Positions 1 to 11,822 are shown, counted from the first letter of the stretch. The stretch: DNA of 64,000 bases from an uncultured delta proteobacterium (GCA_963802945.1 CAWDKY010000034.1:1-64000); one strand, 5' to 3'. Notes: generated from the letters alone by a model not told the origin. Made by a program: numbers and translations.

Positions 1-595
1 CACCAGGGCCACCTCCTCCTCCTTGGAGGTCTCGCGGATCAAGTCGAGTATCTGCTGCTGATGGCCGGCGTCAACGTTGGCCGTCGGCTCGTCGGCCAGC
101 AACAATTGGGGCTTGTTGGCCAACGCCCGGGCGACCGCCACCCGCTGCTGCTCGCCCACCGAGAGCTGTGCCGGCCGATGGGTCGTGCGATGGCTCAGCC
201 CGACGCGGTTCAACAGGTGCCGGGCCGATGTTTGTCGGGCCGGCCCCGGCAAATCGCATCGCCAACAGCACGTTCTCCAACGCCGTGAAGCCCGCCAGCA
301 AATTGAAAGTCTGGAACACGTAGCCGATCCGCTCCGCCCGAAAACGGTCGCACTCGGCCTCGGGCATCAGCGTGATGTCCCAGTCGTCGATCCGCACCTT
401 GCCCGAATCCGGCCGGCTGATGCCGGCGATGACGTGCAGGAGCGTGGTCTTGCCGCAGCCGCTCCGCCCGACCAGCACCATCTGCTCGCCCGCCGCCACG
501 CGGAACTCGGGGATGTCCAGCACCGGCAGCTCGGTGCCGTCGGGCTGACGGAATGACTTTTTGAGGTCCTTCAGGTGCAGCATCGGAGGGGGCAT
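1..595 (-). CDS. ABC transporter ATP-binding protein (LolD/MacB-like), runs off the window edge, frameshift near 230-250
   Basis: Walker [10 protein letters not shown] and Q-loop [10 protein letters not shown] in ORF 71..646; Walker B/D-loop [10 protein letters not shown] continues in another frame to base 1. Confidence 0.85.
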
Positions 596-608
596 GGATA
601 ACTCTAGT

Positions 609-712
609 GGTGACCCGTGCTCGGCAGGAGGACTCAATATTATCACAACAGATGGTAGCCGTCTCCGGTGATTCCGACGCGGCTGCAGGTCGGTGGGTTT
701 CTCACGGCCAAC
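609..712 (-). ncRNA. Candidate structured small RNA between smpB and the ABC ATPase gene
   Basis: Extended -10 (TGaTACTAT, 716-724) just upstream; 5' TGGCCGTG can pair with 3' CACGGGTCA; internal hairpins CCGAC..GTCGG and CCG-GAGA-CGG. Family not identified. Confidence 0.3.
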
Positions 713-783
713 TCAATAGTATCACACAGTTGCGCGTTCCGTGATTTCTACGCGGCTGCGGGCCGGTCGGTTCGAACGCCCAT

Positions 784-1277
784 TCATTTTCGCCGCAGCA
801 TTTGCCGCGCCATGTCGCGTTTGGCCTGGGCCTTCTTCATCGCCTCGCGTTTATCGTGCTGCTGCTTGCCGCGGCAGATGCCCAGCACGACCTTGGCCAA
901 CCCCCGCTTGAAGTGCATTTCCAACGGCACCAGCGTCAGCCCTTTTTCAAAGGCCCGATGGGCGAACCGCTTGACCTCCCGCCGGTGCATCAGCAGTTTG
1001 CGGGGCCGGCGGGGATTGTGGTTGAAGCGGCTGGCCTCGAGATACTCGGCGATGTCGCAGCCGACCAGCCACACCTCGTCGTCCTTGACCCGCGCGTAGG
1101 CCTCGTCCAGCGACACCTGGCCGTGCGCAGGCTCTTCACCTCGCTGCCCACCAGCACGATGCCGCACTCCAACGTGTCGAGCACGGTGTACTTGTGCCGG
1201 GCCTTGCGGTTCTGCGAGATGACCTTGTCGTTTGGATCGGCCGCGGCCGAACCCTTTTTCTTCGCGGGTTTGCTCAA
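784..1277 (-). CDS. smpB: SsrA-binding protein SmpB (frameshift near 1130)
   Basis: [23 protein letters not shown] in ORF 990..1277 joins [34 protein letters not shown] in ORF 784..1302. Confidence 0.95.
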
Positions 1278-1413
1278 TGGCGGCGTCGGCGTCGAAAAGC
1301 ATGCGTCAGGGTTTACAGACTAATTGGCGCGGTTTGGCTTGACCTCCGCCCGCCTCCAGCACAATATCCCCCTTTTACCGTTTCCGTCCGGCAAACTCAA
1401 GCTCCCAAAGACG

Positions 1414-2183
1414 ATGCCCTCGCGCCCGCCCCAGGTCGAATCGCCATCGCCCGCGCTGGAGGCCTTCTGCTGGGCCAGATCGACTTCGACCGGGCATGGA
1501 GCTCCAGCGGCGGCTGATAGTGCAGTGCCGCGACCGCGACGACGGGCAGATCATCCTGCTGCTTTGCGAACATCCGGCCATCATCACCGTCGGCCGGGGC
1601 GGCTCGCCCGCCGAAATCGCCATGCAAAGCGGCCTGGTCCGCAACCGCCAGATCGAGGTCCGCTGGGTAAACCGCGGTGGCGGATGTCTCGTGCATTGTC
1701 CCGGCCAACTGGCCATTTACCCGTTGGTCCCCCTCCAATGGCACGGGTTCTCGGTCGGCGAGTTCCTCGACCGTTTTCGGGCGGGCATCATGGAAACGCT
1801 CGACGATCTGAACGTGCCGGAATGAAGGGCAACCAGCCGCCACGGCAAATCAGCTCCACCTTCATTTTTTTTCCGGCGTCTGGGGTCGCACTGGCCAGTT
1901 GGCCGCCATCGGGTGGCCGTTCGCCATTGGGTCACCTATTACGGCGCCTATCTGAACGTTTGCCCCCCGATGGGCCTATTTCGGCTGGTCGAGGTGGAAA
2001 AGGGCCCCTTACCCCCTTTTCCGCCTCCGGGCAGACTCCGATGAGTTGCCTGGTGGCCGAGCGTCGGGGACCGGTTAGAATGACGGCGGTCCGGGCGGCG
2101 TTGGTCGGTCGGCTGGCCGACTGTTTCGGCTGCGACCGCTACCACTTATACACGGCCACCCGCTGTTGCGAGCCATCTCGTAG
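1414..2183 (+). CDS. lipB: Lipoyl(octanoyl) transferase LipB-like protein, several frameshifts
   Basis: LLLCEHPAIITVGR and NRGGGCLVHCPGQLAIYP in ORF 1496..1825; N- and C-terminal parts lie in adjacent frames, stop at 2181-2183. Confidence 0.75.
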
Positions 2184-2200
2184 GGTGCGTGAAACGCACC
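2180..2200 (+). repeat. GTAG-type REP-like palindrome
   Basis: GTAG followed by the hairpin GGTGCGT-GAA-ACGCACC at the lipB stop. Confidence 0.5.
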
Positions 2201-2316
2201 GACGTGCGCCCAACGGCATATCGAATGTGTGGTTGCTCCCGATCCCTCTTCTGGTGTAGGATGTTGTTATGTCAGTTGTTGAGCAGGTAATTGAATCCTA
2301 TTATTTGAAGGCAATT

Positions 2317-3289
2317 ATGGCGCCATTATTAGAAGTAAAAAATCTGAGCACCCATTTTTTTACCGATGACGGATTAATCAAGGCCGTGGACCGGATTTCC
2401 TACGATATCCACGAGGGGGAGACCATCGGTTTGGTGGGAGAGAGCGGCTGCGGCAAAAGCGTCAGCGCCCTTTCGCTTCTCCGTCTGATCCCGAATCCGC
2501 CGGGAAAAATCGTAGAGGGAGAGATCCTTTTCCAAGGCCATGACCTGCTCAAGTTGACCGAAGATGAAATGTGCGATGTCCGGGGCAACAAAATGGCCAT
2601 GATCTTTCAGGAACCCATGAATTCCCTCAATCCGGTGAGGACCATTGGGTGGCAAATTTCGGAGCCCATGGAAATCCACCTGGGAATGAGCCGGGAAGAG
2701 GGTTTGAAAAAGTGCGTCCAGCTCTTAACCGATGTCAAAATTCCGGAACCGGCGGCCCGGGTCAACGCCTATCCCCATCTTTTCAGCGGGGGGATGAGAC
2801 AAAGAACCATGATCGCCATGGGACTGGGGTGCAATCCCAAGTTGATCATTGCCGATGAGCCGACCACGGCCCTGGACGTGACCACCCAGGCCCAACTTCT
2901 CGAACTCATGAAAAACCTGACCCGAACTTACAATACCGCGCTGATCATTATCACCCATAATCTGGGGGTCGTGGCCCGGTATGCTGATAGGATTAATGTC
3001 ATGTATGCCGGTCGTATTATTGAAAAAGGGACGGCCATAGAAATTTTTAAAGAACCCTCGACATCCCTATACCGAAGGATTGATGGCCTCTGTCCCCCGG
3101 CTGGATCTGGATATAAAGAAAAAACTGATACCCATCGAAGGTCAACCCCCGGATTTTTTGCATATACCATCGGGATGTTCCTTTCATCCCCGTTGTGCTT
3201 ATGCCTTTGAACGATGCCGGGTTGAAACCCCGGAACTCATTCCCTTAGAAAAACAACACGAGGCGGCCTGCTGGCGAAATGTCAAATAA
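2317..3289 (+). CDS. Oligopeptide/dipeptide ABC transporter ATPase (DppD/OppD-like), frameshift near 3060
   Basis: GESGCGKS, MIFQEPM, FSGGMRQR, ADEPTTALDVT; C-terminal GCSFHPRC..HEAAC in frame 3080..3289. Confidence 0.92.
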
Positions 3290-4275
3290 TAACGATAAAG
3301 TTCTTGTAGAGGTCCAAGATTTAAAAATGCATTTCCCTATTTCCGTGGGGTGGATGTTTAAAAAAACGATCGGTTATGTTAAGGCCGTCGACGGCATCAG
3401 CTTTCAGATCGCCAAGGGCGAAACCTTGGGACTGGTCGGCGAAAGCGGTTGCGGTAAGACCACCACCGGACGGGCGATCCTCCAACTGGAGCGCCCGACT
3501 TCGGGCCGAATTTTCTTCGAAGGGGAAGAGATTACCGGGATGGAAGAAAAACCCATGAGGGCCCTTCGAAGGAAAATGCAGATGATTTTCCAGGACCCCT
3601 TCGGTTCCCTCAATCCCCGAATGACCGCCGGTGAAATTATCGGTGAACCGCTGCTGATTCACCGACTGACCCACAGCAAGAGGGAATACGAAGAAAAGGT
3701 CAAGGAATTGATGACCATCGTGGGGCTTAAGTCCGACCACGATGGAAAGGTATCCTCACGAGTTCAGCGGGGGTCAGAGACAAAGGATCGGCGTGGCCAG
3801 GGCCCTTTCGGTTCGGCCTAATTTGATTGTCTGCGATGAACCGGTCTCGGCCCTGGATGTTTCTATTCAGGCCCAGATTATCAATCTACTGGAAGAACTC
3901 CAGGAAAAGTTTGACCTCACTTATCTTTTCATCGCCCATGATCTGGCTGTGGTCAGGCATATCAGCGACCGGATTGCCGTGATGTATCTGGGTGAAATCG
4001 TTGAAATAGCCACCAGGAGTGATTTATACCGAAAACCCCTTCATCCTTATACCAGATCTCTCCTTTCGGCCATCCCGGTTCCGGATCCGATTGTGGAAGC
4101 CGAACGGGATCATGTGCTTCTGGAAGGGGAGGTGCCCAGCCCGTTTAATCCTCCTCCCGGTTGCAAGTTTCATCCGCGATGTCCTATGGCCCAATTTCCC
4201 CGTTGTCGGGAAGAAAAACCCAAGTTGGTGGAGATTGAAGCTGGGACCCACTGGGTGGCCTGTTATCAGGAGTAA
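3279..4275 (+). CDS. Oligopeptide/dipeptide ABC transporter ATPase (DppF/OppF-like), frameshift near 3740
   Basis: [48 protein letters not shown]. Confidence 0.92.
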
Positions 4276-4363
4276 TCGTCTATTGGTCTATCTGGTTGGT
4301 TATTTAACCTGTGACTCATGAACATGAATTGAACGTTGAGAAACTTGAAAGGAGAGAAGCATC

Positions 4364-6213
4364 ATGAATAAGAAAAAAAAGTTGTTAAGGATTTTTACAG
4401 GCCTGGTTGTTCTATTATTTCTGCAGCCGTCATCCCCGCTTTCGGAACGGCCGCCCCGGCGGAAAAACCCGTTACCGCCAAGGAATGGGCGGAAAAGATT
4501 GGGTTGGACTGGGGGCCAAAATACTGGCCTACTAAACCGGTGCGGGGGGGCACTTATCAAATATCCGACCCTTTGTATATCGGTTTGATGAACCCCAATC
4601 ACTGGCCGGTAAACGACTGGGTGACCATCAGTTATTTTTATGACAAACTCATTTGGACGGATGGGAGTTACAAACCCTACGTGCCCTTTCTGGCCGAGTC
4701 CTGGAAATATCTTGACCCCAAAACCGTGGTCATGAAGCTTCGGCAAGGGGTTACAGTTTCATGACGGGACTCCCTTTAACGCCGAAAGTGTCAAATATCA
4801 GATGGAGTGGATCAAGGATCCCGCCAACGGGGCCTGGACCCGGGCCTGGATAGAACCGCTGGATTCTGTCGAAATAATGGATAACTACACGGTCAAATGG
4901 CATTTCAATAAACCCTGGGCCGCATTCGTCGGGGTCATGGCCAATGTTCCGGGGTATATGATCTCAACCAAAGCCCTGAAAGCCGATGTGGCCATGCGGG
5001 AAGTCTAAAAAATTGGCCGGCCAGGTGGAAAGAGAAAAGAAAAATGTGGCTGATGCGGAGAAAGAGGTCGCCGCCGCTACCGGAGAAGCGGCTGAAAAGG
5101 CCAAGGCCAAGCTGGAAGCCGCCAAGAAAAAATTGGCACCCTTGGAAGAACAATATAAAAAGGCCGCTGCCCTGGCTGAAGGGGCCAAGCCGTTGGATAA
5201 CTATCCGGTCGGCACAGGATCAATGATGTTCGAGGAGGGCAGTCCGGGCAATTACTTGAAGTTAAAAAGGAACCCCAACTGGTGGTTCGGGAAATTCATC
5301 GGACAGCCGGATATGCCTTACTTCGATGGAATCAATGTCAGTATCATCCCCGATCCCTCGGTAAGACTGGCCAACCTGCGGGCCGGAAAACTCGATAGTA
5401 TGGCTATTGATCCTTCCCAGTACCCCATGATCAAGAATGACAAGAGTTTGAACGTCTATGTCTATCCGCTTAACTGGGTGGTGGGCATGCGCTTTAACCA
5501 GAAAGATGGTCCGTGCAAAGACATCCGGGTGCGCAAGGCCATCTCCCTTGCCCTGGATCGAAAGGCCTTGATTAACGGCGTGGCTTTCGGTTTGGGTGAC
5601 CCGGCTTGTGGTCCTTTCCCATACCAGCACTGGGCCCATAATCCCAATCTCAAGCCGTTGGCTTATAACCCGGAACTTTCCAAGAAATTGCTGGCCGAGG
5701 CCGGTTATAAAAACGGATTGACCATAAGGGGATATATGTACAACGAATCGGGATCACCAGACCATGGCCGAGGCCGTTAAAAATATGCTGGCCAAAGTGG
5801 GTATTACCTGGAAGGTGGAGTTGCTCGACCCGGCGGCTGCTGCCGAAAAGATGAGAAAGCTCGATTACGATCTGGCCACCAATACCTGGACCTGGATTTA
5901 TGACCCGGACCTTCTGGTCACCGGTTGGTACGATCCCGATGGAGGGTTTAATTTCGGCAAGAGTAATAATAAAAAAGCCATTTCCCTGATCGAAGCCGGA
6001 CGTGAAGAGGTGAACGTGGCCAAGAGGACCAAGATCTATTGGGAAATTGAAAAATTGCTCTACGACAGTTGTGAGGATGTCTATCTATATTACCCCAGGG
6101 CGGTAACACTTTTTCGCAAGAACGTCCAGGGATGGAACAATGACATGTATCAAAAAATGAAAGATATGCAATGGTGGTCCCATCCCCTGTGGTTTAAAGA
6201 GGGAAAGAGGTAA
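4364..6213 (+). CDS. Family-5 ABC substrate-binding protein, paralog 1 (several frameshifts)
   Basis: Fragments 4364, 4504, 4802, 4986 and 5764 align colinearly with the intact paralog at 9945; motifs LAESW, PVGTG, DIRVRKAIS. Confidence 0.88.
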
Positions 6214-6365
6214 ATTAATACCAAAATCAGGATTCAGAGGACTTCGAGGGTTCAGGTCGAGTTTTGTTTAAATGTTCCATGACCCCTTTCCCCTTGAATC
6301 TTAAGAATAATTTTCATGTTAAGTGGTGCTCAAAGTAATCGAGCATGAGAGTTTAAAAGGATTCT

Positions 6366-6443
6366 AAAATCCCCATAATCTTCCTTTTACTAAGTTGGAA
6401 TTTTTTATGATTCTCCTTTGAGTAAAGGGGGTTATGGGGTTTT
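6366..6443. repeat. Imperfect palindromic REP-like element
   Basis: AAAATCCCCATAATC..TTTTACT pairs with AGTAAAGGGGGTTATGGGGTTTT. Confidence 0.55.
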
Positions 6444-6472
6444 TATTTTATAACCTTGCAGGAGGAACGACA

Positions 6473-8885
6473 GTGAAAAACCAATTATCAAGAGATGAGA
6501 TGTGGATCGACTCACCCCTGGGCAAGCGTTTGCCTGATTCCGCCGGATCGCCGGTAGGGGTGGCCCGGCTTGATCCGGAAAAGTCTTATGCCGGGGTGGG
6601 TGAGCTTCTTCAGCAGGTCATCAACGAATCCAGTCAGGAGGCCTGGGAAAAGATCAAGGCCAAGATCGATTATACCTATGAAGGCCTGGACCTGGCCCTG
6701 GCCCCTTTGAAAGAAGAAACCGGTTTTGAAAAAGAAATCAAAGACCGGTTGAACCAAGGGCAGAAACTGCTCTTTAAACCCAACCTGGTAGGTCCCATTA
6801 ATATTGATCCCCAGACCCATGGGCCTACCCCGGCAAGTACGACCTGCACCGAATGGCCTTTTATGGCCGCCTTGATGCGCTGGTTTCATGACCGAATGGG
6901 GGTTCGTTATCATCAGATGACCCTGGGAGAGGCGGCCACGGCCATGTCGGCCGCTGCCGGGATGTTTTCCATGATCAACCCCGAAGGAAAAACGATCACC
7001 ACCGAGGCCGTCATCGAAGGCCGATCAGGAAATTTTTATGGAGGATGGGGTTTTTATTTTGTCCGGAAATATTTGTCCGAATGCCCAGGAATTGATCCGG
7101 GAGATGATCCGATGCAGGGATTTGAAACCAGTGTAGGCTGGATCATACACCCCGCCGGGGCAGATGTGCAACATGAACTGAGGGTCTTTGACCTGAACCG
7201 GATTGATGACCCGGCCAAAAGGCCGGGAGATTGAGGTTCCCGGCGGCATCAATTTTAAAACCATAACCCTTCACAAGGCCATCATGGGCGGAGATCCCGA
7301 CAGATCCCGAGGACCGGAAGGCCTATCCCGGATGTATTCTGGTCAATGTACCCAAACTGAAAGTCCATACCCAGGCCCTTTTCACCAACATCATCAAAAA
7401 TCTGGGCATCGGCCTCTACCCCATGCAGTTTTCCAGGGGGGGCGATTGCTGCTGGGAATACAGCAATCCCCATCATGCCGGTTCCCGGGATGAAAGGGGG
7501 TCTTCCCCACGAGGTCTGGGTCCCGGAAATGGATTATGGAGACTTGCCTTCCCCGAGTGGATCAGTCCGGGAAACTGAATTTGAGAAAGACCGGAGGCCT
7601 TACCGGGACGATGGTCGATATCGTCAAAGCCGTGCAAAACCAGGATATATTCATGATCCACATCGTGGATGCCATCGAGGCGATCAACATGGACCACATG
7701 GGTTCGGAAATGGCCACAGAGAGAACCGGAAGGACTGGTTTTTGCCGGACTGGACCCGGTGGCTGCCGATTTATTGTGCGCCAGGTATATTTTCAGCAAT
7801 GTGCCTTTAGAAGGAAGCCATGAAGGTCCCCATGGACGACGGCGCCGGCGGACGTTTCCCTCAAGCCGTACCTGTGCCGACCGTGGAGGGAAAAAATATC
7901 ATTACCGGAAAAGGATATGATTGTCCATTGGCCCGGGACAACTGTTTTGAGCAGGCCGAGCAGACGCGGTCTGGGAAAGAGGTCTTACCATGTGCTGGGA
8001 TGGGATACGATCACCGACAGCCCACTGGTTTCCCTCGATGGTCATCTGGGAGTCGTGAAAGATGGGAATTTTATCGATGTGATGACCAAGACCCTTTATT
8101 TTGATCTTCTGAAATTTCCCTGGGACCTTCAGAAAACCGCCTTTGGCTATTTTTCGGCCAGTCGACCAGTTGACCGGCTCTTCTCTTAAAAAGGACTTCC
8201 TGGAAGCCATGGATGAGAATGGCGACGGGGTGGTCAGCTATGTGGGAAACAGGCAAAAAAGGGATTGGAGTCCATTATTCTTCACCAGGGTGGGTATTCG
8301 GTTTATTGCCTGGGGACGGAACCGTTGGGTTATCTCTCCGGAGGGGTTAAGACCCAGATGAAGATGATGAAACTCGGAGACCCCCAGAAAAACAGCCAGG
8401 GATATGACTTTATGAAGGAATTTTCCAGCGGTACAGTCTGTATGGTGGCTTTCAGAATGTCACAGGTCGAGATGGAGACTCCGGACCTCTTTGTTCCCGA
8501 CTTGACCTGGGGCAAGGGAAAGTGGCCCAGCTTCCAGATGGCCCAATTTATCTCCATGGGCATGTCGCTTTACGGACAGGGCTTTCCTTTTCAAGCCGGG
8601 TTTCCCCAGCCTCTATGGCTCGACAGTTTTGTATGCCGATTTGACCCAAAGGGAAGGAAAATATTCAGGCGGCCTGTTGAGACCTCAGGATTCGGAGCCC
8701 ATTATTCGTTATGTATCCAATGTTCAGAAAGGTGAGGATCAGCCCCTGGATTTCACCTTGTACGTACCTGTCGGATTTGACAACCTGGGCGGGTCCCCGT
8801 GCCGAATGTGGAGGCCACGGATGATCCGGCCAGGGTGCTGACGGTATGGTTCAAGGGCGGCGAGGAGGTTTGGGGAGAAGTTTAA
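6473..8885 (+). CDS. Large DUF362-domain protein with C-terminal extension (many frameshifts)
   Basis: GGAGG RBS then GTG at 6473; DUF362-type motifs FKPNLV, LGEA, VNVPKLKVH, TNIIKNLG and DPVAAD reconstructed across frames. Confidence 0.7.
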
Positions 8886-9029
8886 GAAAAAGTTTAGAGT
8901 GTTGAGTTCGGAGTTCGGAGTGATGAGCATTTTACTCCGAACTTATGACGGGGCATAGCCACCTCCAAAATTCGGGCCTTCTTTAATAAGGCCAAGAGTG
9001 AACAATCAATCGATCAAAGGAGGACTGTT

Positions 9030-9914
9030 ATGCCCTGGTTTGAAAGAGGCCATGTTCGCCTCTATTATGAAGATGTTGGCAAGGGAGAACCCATCATCAC
9101 CAATCATGGTTTGATGGAAGATAGCGGCTACTGGAGCGAAACAGGGATAACGGCCAGGCTGGCAGAACATTATCGGGTCATCTCCATGGATATGCGGGGC
9201 CATGGCCGTACGGTCGTCAATGGCCAGCCGTACGGTTTTGATGTGGGGACCATGGGGAATGATTTTGGCGCTTTGGCTGATTATCTGGGGCTGGATCGAT
9301 TCCACATCCTTACCCATGCCACAGGTGGTATGGCAGCCATTCGTTACGCCATGACCACCTCAAAAAGGCTTTTAAGTCTTATGCTGACCGACACCGGTTC
9401 GGCTACGGCTCCTGACATGCCTATGCCGGAAGGGCAGGAACAACTGGGCCCGGAAGCTCAGAGAGAAGCTTTTACCTTGGGGGCTGAAGCACGGAAAGTC
9501 ACATCTATGAAAGACTGGATGACCTATGCCAGGGCCAACCCCGGTCCCTTTCTTTTCAAGATGGCTGAACACCCGGAAATGGAGCGCATGTGGGGAATCT
9601 ATGAAGGATTCCTTCGTAGAAGCGATCCGGTGGCCGTCGGAAATTTCATGTTGAGTTTTTATGCCGACCCGGACCCGATGATTGAAGGGTTAAGGCAAAT
9701 ATCCTGTCCGACCTTATTACTTCTTGGAGAATTCGATCTGGTGTTCTTGGGACCAAGCGAAATCCTGGCTCGAGAGATTCCAGATAACAGGCACGTGATT
9801 CTGAATGGTGTGGGACATATGACGGCCATCGAAGACCCGGAGAGAACGACTAATGAGATACTCGATTTCCTGAAGACAGTGGCTGAAACGGGAAAAGCGC
9901 AAAGGAAAGGTTAA
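9030..9914 (+). CDS. Alpha/beta-hydrolase fold protein with Ala at the nucleophile position
   Basis: NHG, DMRGHGRT, elbow THATGG, GEFD, GVGH. Confidence 0.88.
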   Translation: MPWFERGHVRLYYEDVGKGEPIITNHGLMEDSGYWSETGITARLAEHYRVISMDMRGHGRTVVNGQPYGFDVGTMGNDFGALADYLGLDRFHILTHATGGMAAIRYAMTTSKRLLSLMLTDTGSATAPDMPMPEGQEQLGPEAQREAFTLGAEARKVTSMKDWMTYARANPGPFLFKMAEHPEMERMWGIYEGFLRRSDPVAVGNFMLSFYADPDPMIEGLRQISCPTLLLLGEFDLVFLGPSEILAREIPDNRHVILNGVGHMTAIEDPERTTNEILDFLKTVAETGKAQRKG

Positions 9915-9944
9915 GACCTTTTTAATTGAAAGGAGTTTAACATC

Positions 9945-11801
9945 ATGGTCGAAAAAAAAAGCTTTTTAAGGATTTTTGCGAGCCTGGCCTTTATTTTGTT
10001 TCTAACAGTGGTTCTCCCCGGTATCGGAACAGCCGCGCCGGTCGATAAACCCATTACTGGGAAGGAATGGATGGCAAAAAGCGGGATGGATTGGGGAACG
10101 AAATATTATCCTTCCAAACCGGTGCGGGGGGGTATTGCTAATTTCGCCAGTCCTTTGTACATCGGGCTGATGAACCCCAACCACTGGCCGGTAAACGATT
10201 GGGTGACTATGGGGGCTTTTTATGACAAACTCATTGTGACTGATGGGAATTTCAGGCCTACAGTACCTTGGCTGGCCGAGTCCTGGAAATATCTGGACCC
10301 AAAAACGGTGGTTATGAAGCTTCGCCAAGGCGTTCAGTTTCATGACGGCTCTCCATTCAATGCCGAAGGTCTCAAATACCAGATGGATTGGATTATGAAT
10401 CCCAAAAACGGCGCCTGGACTAGGGCCTGGATGGAACCGGTTGCTTCCATCGAAGTGATGGACCCCTACACAGTCAAATGGCATTTCAAAAGACCCTGGG
10501 CCGGATTCCTGGGGGTTATGGCTAATGTTCCGGGGTATGTCATCTCAGCCAAGGCCCTGAAAGCCGACGTAGCCCTACGAGAGTCTAAACAATTGGCGGG
10601 TCAGGTGGGAAGAGAAAAGAAAAATGTGGAGCAGGCGGAGAAGGAGGTCACCGCAGCTCTTGGTGAAGCAGCCGAAAAAGCCAAGGCAAAGCTGGAAACG
10701 GCCAGGAAAAAATTGGCCTCCCTGGAAGAAGAATATAAAAAGGCGGCTGCCCTGATTGAAGGGGCTAAAGAATTGGATAACTATCCGGTAGGGTCGGGAC
10801 CCTATATTTTTGAGGAAGGGAACCCGGGGAATTACCTAAAGCTAAAAAGGAACCCCAACTGGTGGTTTGGCAAGTTCATTGGGCGGCCGGACATGCCTTA
10901 CTTTGATGGAGTCAAAGTGAGTGTTATCCCCGATCCTGCAGTCAGACTGGCCAACATCAGGGCCGGGAAAATCGATTCTCTGGTTCTCGATCCTTCCCAG
11001 GCCCCCTTGTTCAAAAATGAACGCAGTTTACAGGTTTTTACTAATTCGATCAATTGGCTGGTCGGTATGAGTTTTAACCTGAAAGACGGGCCGTGCAAAG
11101 ACATTCGGGTCCGCAAGGCCATCTCCCAGGCCATCGATCGAAAGGCCTTGATTGACGGGGTGGATTTCGGATTGGGTCGCCCGGCCAGTTGTATGTATCC
11201 TGAGGATCATTGGTGCCATAACCCCAATCTTAAACCGGTCAGCTATGACCCGTCACTGTCCAAGAAGCTGCTGGCTCAGGCGGGCTATAAAAACGGATTG
11301 ACCATAAAAGGGTCTATGCTCAACTTGACCCAATCATTGTCCATCGCCGAGGCCATCAAAGCCATGCTGGCCAAGGTGGGTATCACCTGGAATGTAGAGT
11401 TTCTCGATCCGGCGGCAATTTCCGAAAAGATGAGAAAAGTCGATTATGATTTCTCCGGTGGGGGTTGGCCCTGGATCTATGATCCGGATCTCATGGCCAC
11501 CGGTCTTTACCATCCCGATGGAGGGTTTAATTTCGGAAGAAGTAACAATCAAAAGGCCATCGCCCTGATCGAAGCCGGCCGCTTAGAGGTTGATTTTGAC
11601 AAGAGGACCAAGGTTTATTGGGAGTTGGAAAAGGTTCTTTATGATAACTACGAAGATGTCTGGTTATGGTGGCCCAGATATGTATCAGTCGACCGTAAAA
11701 ACATCCAGGGGATTAACGAAGCTATGGGTAGGAAATATAAAGAGATGTTTTCCGTTTCACACCCCACCTGGTTTAAGGATGGAAAGGAAAATCGTTTTTA
11801 A
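9945..11801 (+). CDS. Family-5 ABC substrate-binding protein, paralog 2 (intact)
   Basis: Signal peptide; PWLAESW, LRQGVQFHDGSPFNAE, PVGSGPY, DIRVRKAISQAIDR. Confidence 0.92.
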   Translation: MVEKKSFLRIFASLAFILFLTVVLPGIGTAAPVDKPITGKEWMAKSGMDWGTKYYPSKPVRGGIANFASPLYIGLMNPNHWPVNDWVTMGAFYDKLIVTDGNFRPTVPWLAESWKYLDPKTVVMKLRQGVQFHDGSPFNAEGLKYQMDWIMNPKNGAWTRAWMEPVASIEVMDPYTVKWHFKRPWAGFLGVMANVPGYVISAKALKADVALRESKQLAGQVGREKKNVEQAEKEVTAALGEAAEKAKAKLETARKKLASLEEEYKKAAALIEGAKELDNYPVGSGPYIFEEGNPGNYLKLKRNPNWWFGKFIGRPDMPYFDGVKVSVIPDPAVRLANIRAGKIDSLVLDPSQAPLFKNERSLQVFTNSINWLVGMSFNLKDGPCKDIRVRKAISQAIDRKALIDGVDFGLGRPASCMYPEDHWCHNPNLKPVSYDPSLSKKLLAQAGYKNGLTIKGSMLNLTQSLSIAEAIKAMLAKVGITWNVEFLDPAAISEKMRKVDYDFSGGGWPWIYDPDLMATGLYHPDGGFNFGRSNNQKAIALIEAGRLEVDFDKRTKVYWELEKVLYDNYEDVWLWWPRYVSVDRKNIQGINEAMGRKYKEMFSVSHPTWFKDGKENRF

Positions 11802-11822
11802 CTACAAAAAAGGAGAGAATGA

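Noticed and set aside
600-790. tmRNA next to smpB
   Set aside because: Too short, and lacks the tRNA-like GGGG 5' end and TCCACCA 3' end
1414-2183. Functional link between this lipB and the lipB-lipA fusion at 35 kb
   Set aside because: They lie on opposite sides of the apparent genome junction
1-8885. Dense frameshifts as programmed frameshifting or pseudogenisation
   Set aside because: They hit nearly every gene including smpB, show no consistent slippery motif and vanish from 9 to 47 kb; most consistent with low-coverage indel errors
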